From Octopus bimaculoides (taxonomy: Eukaryota): DNA of 33,946 nt. Numbering within the stretch: position 1 is the stretch's first letter; each line of letters opens with the position of its first letter. Position numbers and translations under genes: made by a program. The stretch lies in NCBI RefSeq assembly GCF_001194135.2, contig NC_069010.1:9117968-9151913 (forward strand), read 5' to 3'. Below, one piece after another: positions 9,651-21,715 of the stretch. Below the pieces are notes generated by a model. It did no database searches. It saw nothing but the letters and a program-made list of their open reading frames with translations, and had not been told where the DNA came from.

Positions 9651-10494
9651 AGACCAAACTAGTGCAGTCTTCCTTCTTGCACACAACATCTGGTACCCCA
9701 GATGCCCAGTTTTTCACTTACACCCTCTCATATGTGCACACTGACATTATCCATCCAGTGAAGCATTACTGGTTTCGTTTCTTTCATGCCTTCACATGCC
9801 CTCAATCGTCACAACCCATGTAGCATAGTTGTCATGTAGCATAGTTATTTGTACACCAGCATCACACAATTTGCTTTTCACTTTGCCTTTAACACACACA
9901 CACATATACATATATATATACACATGCATGCACACACACACACACACACATACACAAGAAGTTTATTCATCTTTTCCAGGAAGTACTAATTGCAAATCAA
10001 TTCATGATTTCAAGCTTGTTTTTATTTTTTTGTTGTTTGTGTAAAAAATTGCATTTCAGGTTTTTTTGTTAGTTGTACTTCATAAAAACTTTTGTGTATC
10101 TCAGTAACTCACACCAACCGGATATAGCACCCCCATCCACATCCACCCATGCACAAGGATGCATACACATCCACAGGTATACAAACACACCACACAGCTA
10201 TTTGTCATCCTTACAACACAAACCTGCATCTAGGTCTGTGACGTGCATCAATGCCATAATGATATCCGTGAGGCAGCTAATGATGGAGATGTGTTGGATT
10301 GCTGGTATGGCTGTCTTTGTATAGGCGGAAGAGTAGTATAACACATCTTTTTGATTGGACACTAAACTCTGCTTGCGAAGACCTGTTGGGGCAAGTGAAG
10401 TCAAAATCATAATTGAACCATATTCGATGACTGGCACCTGTGCCAGTGGAGCACTGACAGCTCTGCCTGAGCATGATTATCGCCAGAGCAGCTG

Positions 10495-10893
10495 TCTGGC
10501 TTCCATGCCGGTGACCAGTAAAAAAGCACCATTTGAGCGTGATCGTTACCAGTGTCGCCTTACTGGCACTTGTGCCAGTGACACGTTTAGAAAATCATTC
10601 GAGCAAGGTCGTTGCCAGTGCCGCTGGACTGGCTCCTGTGCAAGTGGCACGTAAAAAACACCATTCTAAGCGTAGCCGTTGCCAGTACCTCCTGACTGGC
10701 CTTCGTACTGGTGGCATGCAAAAGCACCCACTACACTCTCTGAGTGGTTGGCGTTAGGAAGGGCATCCAGCTGTAGAAACTCTGCCAAATCAGATTGGAG
10801 CCTGGTGTAGCCATCTGGTTTCACCAGTCCTCAGTCAAATCGTCCAACCCATGCTAGCATGGAAAGCGGACGTTAAACGATAATGATGATGAT
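10495..10893 (+). mobile_element. RTE LINE 3'UTR copy with (GAT)n tail
   Basis: Ends …catgctagcatggaaagcggacgttaaacgataatgatgatg. Further copies lie at about 3714-3800, 6767-6965(+), 10899-11170(-), 11889-11991(-), 12108-12290(-), 17610-17770(-), 27286-27460(-), 29203-29306(-), 31158-31340(-) and 32570-32670(-). Confidence 0.8.
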
Positions 10894-12439
10894 TTATATC
10901 ATCATTATCATCATCATTTAACATCTGCCTTCCCTGCTGGCATGGGTTGGACGGTTTGACAGGAGCTGGCCAGGCAGATGGAAGTACCAGATTTTGTGTC
11001 TGTTTTGGCAGGGTTTTTACGGCTGGATGCCCTTCCTAACACCAACCACCCCACAAAGTGGACTCAGTGCTTTTTACATGGCACCAGCACAGGAGGAAGT
11101 CCGTTTTGGCAAAGTTTTTACAGCTGGATGCCCTTCCAAATGGCAACCACTACATAGTTGGAAAGTGGCTAGGTAAGTCTTGACAAGGGCATATAATTTA
11201 ATTTATTTTTATTTCATCTTAATTGAATTTAATTTAGCTACATAACGAATGGTTAAAAAGAACAGCCTCTGACAGCTGTGGAACGCTTTGTCAACTCCAT
11301 GAGTCGGGGATTCCATCCTTGGAGAGATCATTATGTCCAAGAAGGAGGAGAGGTTCAATTAAATCCAATTAGATCGGGTAAATCCATGATCAGAAAGGAT
11401 GATTAGATAGTATTCGGTAGAGAGGGAAAATGAATGCTGAGAGGAGGTATGAATAATGGACTCTGGTGTGAGAAAGACAGGTAGATAAGAGCTTTGTACT
11501 AGATAGATATTAATCAGTGTAGTGAGGGGTATTTAGTTCAGGGAAGTGTGGGCAAAGTTGAGGGAGGGGTATTCCTATCCAAAGAAATTAGGAGAAGCAA
11601 ATGTAAAGACGGACAGATAAAGGGAAAAAATAAAGCAGAATCAGACATACAAGGCTGGGTATCAATGAAAGGAGGGAATGTGGTCGTAGAAATGATAACA
11701 GCCCACCATCTGTAGTGGGTGGAATGGGAGACCATGGTCTATGCTAGACCAGGACATACCGTAAGGTATCTTCATTTTCTAAGGTAATGCTAGAGAAGTA
11801 GATTTGCTCTTTATACTTAAATGCATTTAGATGTGGCAAATATCAATGCTTGAAACCATATATGCATTATATATATATATATATATATATCATCATCATC
11901 GTTTAACGTCCGCTTTCCATGCTAGCATGGGTTGGACGATTTGACTGAGGACTGGTGAAACCGGATGGCAACACCAGGCTCCAGTCTGATTTATATATAT
12001 ATATATATATATATATATNNNNNNNNNNNNNNNNNNNNNNNNNNNNNNNNNNNNNNNNNNNNNNNNNNNNNNNNNNNNNNNNATCTTATATATGTGTGTG
12101 TGTGTGTGTCATCACCATCATCATCATCATTTAACGTCCACTTTCCATGCTGGCATGGGTTGGATGGTCTGATTTGAACTGTTAAGCTGGAGAGCAGCAC
12201 CAGGTTCCAGTCTGATTTGCCAGGGTTTTCTACGGCTGGTTGCCCTTCCTAATGCCAACCACTTCAAAAGTGTAACGGGTGCCTTTCATGTACCCCCAAC
12301 AGTCTTCCAAGTGAAACTGCACTCATCTATCTATATTGAATAAAACCCCTTCAAGGCAGTGCTCCAGTATGGCCGCAGTCCAATGACTGTTACAAGTAAA
12401 AGATAAAAGATATATGCATGTGTGTGTGTGTGTGTATGT

Positions 12440-13510
12440 GTAATATGAATTGCTGTTTGCCTGAAATACGAAACGAGATCGTCGTAGTGCGCGCGCGCGT
12501 GATCGTGGAATTGCGTGATTTATTTCCGAGTGGGACATGTGAATGTTTGGTGTGTGACATTTGATAATTAACTCTAATTTTAAGAATCTCAACCATCCTG
12601 ACGATCATCATAGATGTTTTTTTGTTTTTTTTATATATAATATATGAATACATTTGCACCGATGCAGCCCCCCTGCATATGTCCGTGACATTTAATGTGA
12701 CCGACGTATATTGTTTTAACAGGATAACATCTGGCATGGTTCTCAACATTCCTCGATTCCACCGAAGATTCAACCGTCACCGTTTCCGTCCCTTAATTAA
12801 GCCGTTTCACAAGTTCTTGTAGTATCGTTTTTATTTTATTTACCTTTCATTCTGTTCTTTTTAATTGTTTATTCTGTTGTCTCACTTTTAATTATCATTT
12901 CGTTAGAAATTAACTAATTAAGTGCGCGAAATCCAAACGATCGCGCACTTCCAGCCTTGTACTAATTAAATCATTATTAATAATATAATCGTTGTAATTA
13001 TATTTATAATTAATTACTATTGACAACTACGATTAGAATTATAAAGCAACCCAACTCAAAACCGAAACCGTTTTTCTGCCGTTAAGATTTCTTTTCAAGA
13101 TAATCCCGAATTTTTAACAAACATCCTGTTTGATAATTTTATAATCTTTTACATTTATTAGCATTTAGAATTTTGCTAATTAGTAATTATATTCATTTTA
13201 CCATAATATTACATTATATATTTCATATTATATTAAATCCTAGGAATAAAAATACGAAAGCCGTCGTTAGGTCAGTACCACACCCAAATAAAGCACATCC
13301 TCTCCCATTAAACACGACTAAGCACTTAACACAATTTAGGCAGCACTGGTAGCATTTAACAGATATTCTCCTTGCATCTGAGGCATATCTACACATCGTG
13401 CCCTCATTTAACACGTTTGAGAGACATAGTGCTCTCATTTGATTACGCATCCACTGTTAATAGACATCACCACAAACCAAAATCCACGCGCTACAACGTA
13501 GTCCGACAGA
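12440..13510. promoter_or_regulatory. CpG-retaining region upstream of SPNS1; possible (bidirectional) promoter
   Basis: CpG and CGCG motifs are visibly enriched (gtgcgcgcgcgcgtg at ~12487, tgcgcga/tcgcgca at 12923-12947) relative to the CpG-poor flanks. It lies 1.2-2.2 kb upstream of the SPNS1 ATG. The function is inferred. Confidence 0.3.
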
Positions 13511-14542
13511 TCTACACACACACCCGTATGCTTTATATACATATATATATATGCAAACAGCTTGACATGGTGTGATGTGTTGAGATCAAACCCATCCTCC
13601 CCACTACTGGACCTACCTCACAACTCCACAAGTCCTAAGGTAAACAGGACTATCTATCGATATCTATCTACAGCTCTATGTATACACATCGTATGATCTG
13701 TTTCAATATCAAAGTTTGATCAGTCTTAACAGTTTGCACTTTGATAAGCAGTTTGTTGGGCGTGTGTGATTATATACATACATATATGATATATATGAAT
13801 ATATAGAAGTGTGTATATTTGAATATATATATATATATAATATATATATATNNNNNNNNNNNNNNNNNNNNNNNNNNNNNNNNNNNNNNNNNNNNNNNNN
13901 NNNNNNNNNNNNNNNNNNNNNNNNNNNNNNNNNNNNNNNNNNNNNNNNNNNNNNNNNNNNNNNNNNNNNNNNNNNNNNNNNNNNNNNNNNNNNNNNNNNN
14001 NNNNNNNNNNNNNNNNNNNNNNNNNNNNNNNNNNNNNNNNNNNNNNNNNNNNNNNNNNNNNNNNNNNNNNNNNNNNNNNNNNNNNNNNNNNNNNNNNNNN
14101 NNNNNNNNNNNNNNNNNNNNNNNNNNNNNNNNNNNNNNNNNNNNNNNNNNNNNNNNNNNNNNNNNNNNNNNNNNNNNNNNNNNNNNNNNNNNNNNNNNNN
14201 NNNNNNNNNNNNNNNNNNNNNNNNNNNNNNNNNNNNNNNNNNNNNNNNNNNNNNNNNNNNNNNNNNNNNNNNNNNNNNNNNNNNNNNNNNNNNNNNNNNN
14301 NNNNNNNNNNNNNNNNNNNNNNNNNNNNNNNNNNNNNNNNNNNNNNNNNNNNNNNNNNNNNNNNNNNNNNNNNNNNNNNNNNNNNNNNNNNNNNNNNNNN
14401 NNNNNNNNNNATTATATATTGGTTGTCTTCTCTCCTCCTCTCTCTCTTTTTTATTCCTCCTGCTCCTCCTCTCATTCAATACTTACTCGACATACTCCTC
14501 CCTCCACGTGATGTTCTCCACTACCACCACCATAAACAACGT

Positions 14543-14591
14543 ATGTAGTAGTAGTAGTACGAGTACTAGTAGTAGTAGTAGTAGTAATAAT

Positions 14592-14633
<42 letters not shown>

Positions 14634-14670
14634 CAACAACAACACTACTACTACTACTAATAATAATAAT
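14543..14670 (+). repeat. Compound trinucleotide microsatellite (TAG)n-(AAT)n-(CAA)n-(CTA)n just upstream of the SPNS1 start
   Basis: Read directly from the sequence. Confidence 0.9.
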
Positions 14671-14697
14671 CGTAGTCGTCGCTGTTGAACTCTGCCC

Positions 14698-15208
14698 ATG
14701 AAGGGAGGAGGAAGGGGAGACAGAGGGGTGAATCAGTCGTTGTCGGTGTTGGATGCTCCCTTTGACGATACAGTACCGTTAAACGACATCCTAACCACGA
14801 CCACCGCCACCGACACTGGTCAACAATCACAACAACAACAACAACAACAACGCCATCGATCATCGTCCTCCTCATCACCACCACCACGTCGTCGTCTTCT
14901 TCAAGCTATGTTCTCCTCATCTGCCGGAGGAGGCAGCGACAACAATCGCAGTCCTAGCATCAACACCATTTTGCCTTACGTATCAGTCGAAGGACAAACC
15001 ATTCCGGCGCCCGAACTGATCAACGATGCTTCAGACACGGCCCCGATCGTCGATTCGGATGAGGGTCGCAGTTTCGAGAGCGATGCCACTAATCCGACCG
15101 TACAGGTGCTCTCCTCGAACCCGATCAACTCACGGAGGGCCTACATTTCCGTCGGGATCCTCTTTGCCATCAATCTTCTCAACTATATGGACAGATATAC
15201 CATTGCAG
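14698..15208 (+). CDS. SPNS1: Spinster homolog (SPNS1-like MFS lysosomal transporter), coding exon 1
   Basis: ATG at 14698, a low-complexity N-terminus, then TM1 AYISVGILFAINLLNYMDRYTIAG (the Spinster signature LLNYMDR). Donor G|gtaag at 15208/15209, phase 1. The exact start codon is unverified. Confidence 0.88.
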
Positions 15209-15740
15209 GTAAGATATTAAATGTCTAATATAGATTTTATTTAATTAATTAACGAATCATCGTCTCCAAACGGTGCAGTGGCGTGGTATTTACTTTTGTC
15301 TTCAAACCTTTCACGTGTCTCTCATTAACCGAGTTTCGTTCTATCGTCCGTTTATTAAGTATGGCTTTTTAATAATCGCTAGAGGGTTGGACGATTATTT
15401 TTTTTCAGCGACGAAGGAAATAATCCCCCTAAAATGACTGTTTTGTGACAGCTCTGTAGAAAATACTCATCGGATTCGTAGCCATTTCTTCCGGTTTCAG
15501 TCGGCTGTATCGATAAACAAGACTGTGGAACCTGTCCACACACCTTCATCCTCTTATTCTATGCGCTAACCCTAAACTTTTCTTGTCTCGATTTAAAAAA
15601 AAAAGGGTTTTATTTCTTTTTTTCTTTTGTCATAAAATTTCTATTTTTATTGAGGTTACTTCCTCCGTTAACTCCCTTGACATTTCAGGTTCGAATCCTG
15701 TCGAAGTTTTAATTTCAAGTGAAAATAAAAATTGAGTGAG

Positions 15741-15799
<59 letters not shown>

Positions 15800-16404
15800 A
15801 CATCACTTTTTTTTTTCTTTCCAAGATTTCTAGTTTCATTCCGTAGATTTAGGTAATAGTTTGTATCGTGCGCGATCGCCGATGTATTTTAATATTAAAT
15901 TCTGATCTATTAATAATGTACACCATCTGATAAGTATTCGTAGACTCCCTCTTTTGAAAGTTCTGAGGGCGGTGAATTGGTTGTGAGTTGAAATCCCCAT
16001 CTTATATTTGTTCCGATTGCTTGCAGTCTTGAGTTCAAAACCCGCTGAAGTCAGCTTTTACCTTTTATCTTCCCACTTGGGCCCATAAAATCAAATACTA
16101 GCCACGTGTTGATGTTGTGTGTGTACGATGGTACGATATGTGTATGTAGGTGTGTGTGGGTGTCTTTGTTCCTCGCAACAGCTTGACAACCGGTGTTGGT
16201 CCGTTTATGTCCCCGATAGAATATTTACCAGGTTTAAGAATATGAACTTGGGTCGGTTTTCGATTGAACTAGTGATTTTCAACTGACATTAATACGACTC
16301 TTGGCGGTCCATAGAAGATTTTGTTGCTAGAAATTGATTATACACCTACAATACACTAAAAATTAAATATTTTTTAAAATACTATTTAATATTCTTTTCT
16401 ACTC

Positions 16405-16490
16405 CAGGCACAAGGCCCGAAATTTTGGGGGAGGGGGCCAGTCGATTAGATCGACCCAGTACGCAACTGGTACTTAATTTGTCAACCCCC
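16405..16490 (-). mobile_element. SINE family B partial copy
   Basis: ggcacaaggcccgaaattttgggggagggg…ctggtacttaattt matches the reverse complement of the family B 3' half. Confidence 0.65.
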
Positions 16491-17032
16491 CCCTAGGGTT
16501 ATGATCCGTGCATCGAAGGGTAGCAGCCGATCCGATAGGCGGATGGATTCACTCCTTGGACGCGTGGTTTCGGCTACGAATGTCGGGACCCTGCTTACTC
16601 CTTCGCTCGATCGCTGCCCACTATAATAACCAGAGCATCCCGATGAGCGCGTAGATTCGGGTTGAGTGGCCCTGACCACTCTAATACACCGTTAAAACAA
16701 TACCAACAGACACATTCACGCAAACACTCTCTCAAACCAAACACGATTCTTTGCTAACTCATCAAATTTGTCTGTGAAGAAAAGTCGCTGTTTTTAAAAA
16801 CTTTTATCACTGCCCCCACTTCGTTTTAAACACTGCTATTCTAAATTTAATTTGCGAATAATTGATTAAGATTATTGTTGTCGATATTGTTTATGTCCAG
16901 TCGAAGCCTGGTGACACAGATCTGTGCTCTAAAGCAGCTGTCACCAAGTTTTCTTGTTTGCATCACGGACCAGACCATGCAAGACAAATTCTCCACAGAT
17001 CGGGGAATCACGTGCAGAATCTATAATTTCAT

Positions 17033-17034
<2 letters not shown>

Positions 17035-17095
<61 letters not shown>

Positions 17096-17214
17096 GTCTT
17101 ACATACATATATGTCTTACATATATATATATACATATACATATATATACATATATATATACATATATACATATATATACATATATACATATATGCATATA
17201 TATATACATATATA

Positions 17215-17247
<33 letters not shown>

Positions 17248-17275
17248 ATATACATATACATGTCTTACATACTTA
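17035..17275. repeat. (CA)n/(TA)n/(TACA)n compound microsatellite
   Basis: Read directly. It explains the HT/IY low-complexity ORF calls. Confidence 0.9.
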
Positions 17276-18225
17276 ATACATATATAATACGTATAGGCGT
17301 TTGCTTCGTGTATACTTATCAACCATATGGTTCCTAGTTCAATACCACTGCGTGGCATTTTGAGCATGTTTTCTACTGTGGCCCCCGGGCTGGCAAAAGC
17401 CTTGAAACATCGTGCACGCACGCATTTGTCTACGACCGACTAGCGGTGTTGGTTTGTTTATGTTCCTCTAATTTAATGGTTTGGTATAAGAGACTGATAG
17501 AATAAGTGCCAAGCTTTAAAAAATAGGTAGAGGCGTGTGATTTGTTTGACATACCTCTAAGGTGGCGCCCCAGCATGGCCTCACTCTAAGTAAAAGTATA
17601 ATACAGACATACATCCTCATCCTCATCACCGTTTAACGTCTCCTTGACAGGAGCTGGCCAGGTAGGAGCCTGCACCAGACTCTTCTGCGTCTGTTTTGGC
17701 ACAGCTTTTATGGCTGGATGCCCTTCCTAACAGTCGCAGAGTGGACTGGGTGCTTTTTACATGGCACCACCAGTTATAATCCTGGTTCTGGCTAGCTGCA
17801 TTGAGTTTTAAGGATCACCTAGGATTACTTGGGGTGAGCAATCCCATTGTAATCCATCCGATGGGTTGATATTGAGTTTGCTTCGCTGGAGTATGAATAG
17901 TTTACTGAGTGTCTATCCATGACAATCACAATGAATATGGAGATTAGGACATCCTTTCTACCATCTACTTTGCTGCTGTCTTCTGTTGCATTCTGGAATT
18001 CAGGATTTTCTCCTTGTTTTATGCACTGCTATAGTTTGTGCTCCGTTTTTGCTGGTGGAAAAAAAAAAAAACCATTCTGCTATTTTGTGTCTTTTATTAA
18101 AGAGTTTATGGTGTTTGTTCGATTTGGGACGATGTTTATCTGTAGCTGTGAAAAGTTTAGCCAGAATGTTAGAAGCTATTTGCCGACCGAATTACACTTG
18201 TTTCCATTCCTAGTACCCAGTATAT

Positions 18226-18385
18226 AAGTGAAGGCATATGGCTCAATGGTTAGAGCGTCATGTTTACAATCATGGGGCAGTGTGTTGTGTTCTTGAACAA
18301 AACATTTTATTTCAGCTGAAGAAATGAGTTGCGACATTAACTGGTGCGCAGTTGTATCAGCCTCTGCCTTTCCCTTGGATAACAA
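18226..18385 (+). mobile_element. tRNA-derived SINE, family C (internally deleted copy)
   Basis: Head gtgaaggcatatggctcaatggttagagcg (A-box-like) followed by gtgttgtgttcttgaacaaaacatttt. An inverted relative lies at ~32670-32782 and a probable 3' segment at ~21290-21490. Confidence 0.55.
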
Positions 18386-18671
18386 GGTGCTGTGCAGTGG
18401 AACTGAACCTGGGACCATGTGGTTGAGGAGCAAAAAATTCAGTATTTCCATATTTCTTTTAATTGACTTCTGTTCTCTCATAGCTGTCTTCACGATGTAA
18501 GTTCACACAACTAAGACTTAATTAATAAATTTAATTAACCCTTAATCCTAATCAATATATTATTGATCTGCAGTAGACACATGTGTCTGCCTTGGTTGGT
18601 TTGTAAGTGGATTGGAGTCTGGGACAGGATATCATAATTAAGGTCAGAGAGAGTGTATACGTATGTATATA

Positions 18672-18702
<31 letters not shown>

Positions 18703-18830
18703 GGCACAAGGCCTGAAATTTGTGGGGAGGGGACTAGTCGATTATATTGACCCCAGTGTTACACTGGTACTTAATCTATTGACCCCGAAAGGATGAAAGG
18801 CAAAGTTGAGCTCGGTGGAATTTGAACTCA
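18703..18830 (-). mobile_element. SINE family B copy
   Basis: Reverse complement reads gagttcaaattccaccgagctcaactttgcctttcatcctttcggggtcaatagattaagtaccag, shared with the 21511 and 27952 copies. Confidence 0.75.
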
Positions 18831-18833
18831 AAG

Positions 18834-18873
<40 letters not shown>

Positions 18874-18950
18874 TAATAATAATGATAATGATAATAATAA
18901 TGATAATGATAACAATAATGATAATAATAATAATGTTGTTATTGTTGCAG

Positions 18951-19153
18951 GTGTATTACACAGTGTACAAAGCTTTTATGGGGTCAACAATACGAAACTG
19001 GGACTCTTGCAGACGGCCTTCATCGTCAGTTACATGTTGTTCTCTCCGATATTCGGTTACATTGGAGACCGCTACAATCGCAAATACATCATGGCTTGTG
19101 GCATATTCTTCTGGTCTTGTTTGACCCTGGCAGGGTCGTTTGTTGGCAGAGAT
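18951..19153 (+). CDS. SPNS1: SPNS1-like coding exon 2
   Basis: ttgcag|gt acceptor. (G)VLHSVQSFYGVNNTKLGLLQTAFIVSYMLFSPIFGYIGDRYNRKYIMACGIFFWSCLTLAGSFVGRD includes MFS motif A (GYIGDRYNRK). Donor GAT|gtaagt. Phases 1 to 0. Confidence 0.95.
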
Positions 19154-19610
19154 GTAAGTATTTACCTTGGTTGTCTACATTTCCCAGGAGGCACCCCCCC
19201 TGCCTCATTGCATCTATCTTTGTTGTCTACATCATCATCAGTATCATCATCATCATCATCAGTGTCGTCATCGTCATCATCAGTGAGTTGTACCTGTAAT
19301 TGAAGAGGGGCCAGCCTTGTCACATTTTGTGTCATGTTGAATCTCCCCGAGAATTATGTTACGGGTTTGTGTGTCTGTGGAGTACTCAATCACCTGTATG
19401 TTAATTTCATGAGCAAGCCTTATCATCATAATCGGTGGAGTGTCAGTTCGAGAGATTTGAGGCCATGGAGGTTGAGAAACTTACTTCCCAACCACATGGT
19501 TTTGAGTTCAGTTTCACCACCAGGCACCATTGGTGGTAGGGGTGATGGTATCCCATAGTTCACTGTTCCCCTTCTCCATCCCCCTCTTCATCTTCGTCTC
19601 TCTCTTTCAG

Positions 19611-19762
19611 AAATTTCATCTGTTCCTCTTCCTTCGAGCCCTCGTTGGCATCGGTGAGGCCACCTACTCCACCATAGCTCCAACCATTATTGCTGACCTT
19701 TTCGTCAAAGATATGCGATCTCGGATGTTGATGGTTTTTTATTTTGCTATCCCGGTTGGCAG
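19611..19762 (+). CDS. SPNS1: SPNS1-like coding exon 3
   Basis: Long pyrimidine tract then ttcag|. [50 protein letters not shown]. Donor AG|gtaagg. Phases 0 to 2. Confidence 0.95.
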
Positions 19763-20280
19763 GTAAGGTTTCAATTCCTGTCTTCTCTTTTTTTCAATTC
19801 TGTTCTATGTTTGTTTCCATTCATTGTACTACTATCATCACTCTCACTCACTCATTTACACACACACACATTCAGAACTGTACTCACACTCATATCTTTA
19901 TTCACAGCCCCACTCATACCTATACTCACACAACTTCTCTCATACCTACACTCACACAGTCCCAGCACTTGCCCAAAGTGCCACGCAGTGGGACTGAACC
20001 CAGAACCATGTGGTTGGTAAGAAAGCTACTTACCACACAACCACTCAATCTTTTAGAATTGAAACTGGTCAGGTCTGGCCTCCCACACCTACCCCACAAT
20101 GTCTTTCTAAAAATAAATCACATCATCGAATCCAGGATTAATTGAAACCAATGTGAATAAAGAAGGGTTACATAATCTGAGTGCCGAAGGGTTAAGCTTT
20201 CTGTCAATGAACCCCTTTTTGAATCTATAGGTCCCTTCTTTGCCTTCAAGCCTTTTTAATTCTGTCTGAATTTGAGTAGG

Positions 20281-20460
20281 CAGGCATGGGCATGGCTGTG
20301 TGGTAAGGAGCTTCCTTCCCTACCACATGGTTCCAGGTTCAGTCCCACTGCGTGGCACCTTGGGCAAGTGTCTTCTACTATAGTCTCAGAGCGACCAAAG
20401 TGAGTGGATTTGGTAGACGGAAACTAAAGAAGGCCCATTGTGTGTGTGTGTGTGTGTGTG
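20281..20460 (+). mobile_element. SINE family A copy (head and core, ends in (TG)n)
   Basis: High similarity to 1686-1840. Other copies lie at about 17320-17540, 19960-20045(-), 21721-22078, 22970-23132, 23621-23790 and 27150-27290. Confidence 0.75.
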
Positions 20461-20899
20461 TATAGTTGAAATTTACAGAAAAACAAAAGACAAAGACAGG
20501 TGTATAAACTACAAACAGATGTATTCGTTTGATGCTTGGGAAGGTGAGAAAGTCTTTTTTCATGTTCTGAGCCTATGCTCTTCAACATGTTCCCCTCTAA
20601 TTAATAAGCAACTTCATTATAAGATTACATTCACCTGAGATGGTTAACTGGCAGAGTCATTAGAATCTCAGACAAAAAAAAGTCACTTTGCAGTATTTGT
20701 TGTGACCCTTTTGTGTTTTGAACTCAAATTCTGCTGAAGTCAACTCTTCTTTTCGTCCTTGCAAATACTGGGGTTGATGGTGTTGACTGTCCACTCCCTT
20801 TAAAATTGCTGCCCTTCGATCAAGATCACTAACCATTATTTCATTTCCTTTACGCTGTCTTATAAAATGGTTTTAGCATGTTCAAAATTTCTGTTCCAG

Positions 20900-20966
20900 T
20901 GGACTCGGTTACATCGTTGGTTCAAACGTTGCCTCTGCTATCGGTAAATGGCAGTACGCTCTCAGG
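20900..20966 (+). CDS. SPNS1: SPNS1-like coding exon 4
   Basis: ttccag|t. (S)GLGYIVGSNVASAIGKWQYALR. Donor AGG|gtatgt. Phases 2 to 0. Confidence 0.95.
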
Positions 20967-21027
20967 GTATGTACTAAAAGCACTTTCTATCTTTTACTTA
21001 ATTTTATTTGGTTAAGCTTCCAGCCCT

Positions 21028-21066
<39 letters not shown>

Positions 21067-21510
21067 CTTTAAAGACGCACTCCATGAAAGGAGGACTGCT
21101 ACTACTACTACTACTACTACCACCACTACTACTTTTCGTAATTGCAACAAAGCATTAACAGGACAAAGACCGGAGTAGCAAAAAATGTGTCAGAATTGCA
21201 TGGAAGGATTATATTGAAATTTGGTTGAATGAGAAATGTGTTTGTTTATTGTGGTGGTGGTGGTGGTGGTGGTAGTGGTAGTAGTAGTTGCGATGTCACT
21301 GGTGCCAAGCTATATCAGCCCCCTTTGCCTTTCCTTTGGGATAACATTGGTGGCATGAAGAGGGGAGGCTGGTATGCATGGGCACCTGCTGGCCTTCCAT
21401 AAACAACCTTGCCTGGACTTGTGCCTCGAAGGGGAACTTTCTAGGTGCAATCCCATGGTCATTCATGACCGAAGGGGGTCCTTACCCTTTACTATATATA
21501 TGTGTGTGTG

Positions 21511-21715
21511 AAGGTGGTAAGCTGGCAGAAACGTTAGCATGCTGGGCGAAATGCTTAGTCTGTCTTTACATTCTCAGTCTGAATTCCGCCGAGGTTGACT
21601 TTGCCTTTCATCCTTTCGGGGTCAATAAATTAAGTACCAGTTGCGTACTGGGATCGATCTAATCGACTAGCTGCCTCCCCCAAAATTTGGGGCCTTGTGC
21701 CTACAGTAGAAAAGA
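21511..21715 (+). mobile_element. tRNA-derived SINE family B (full-length-like)
   Basis: Head aaggtggtaagctggcagaa, B-box-like ctgaattccg, central ttgcctttcatcctttcggggtcaataaattaagtaccag, 3' ccttgtgcctacagtagaaaag. Another copy lies at ~23791-23955. Confidence 0.75.

Noticed and set aside
11250-11760. Purine-skewed ~500-bp unique-looking block
   Set aside because: No sustained reading frame or recognisable motif was found. Possibly an old LINE relic, but this is unsupported.
12390-12822. Overlapping ORFs on both strands in the CpG-rich region
   Set aside because: No recognisable homology or convincing splice and phase support. It might be a 5' exon, but this cannot be supported from the sequence alone.
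15660-15715. GGTTCGAATCC tRNA B-box-like motif
   Set aside because: No cloverleaf or matching A-box and acceptor stem; probably a SINE relic. The SINE heads are likewise not called as tRNA genes.
16290-16300. TAATACGACTC, an 11-nt match to the T7 promoter
   Set aside because: The match stops before ACTATAG and there is no other vector sequence; chance.
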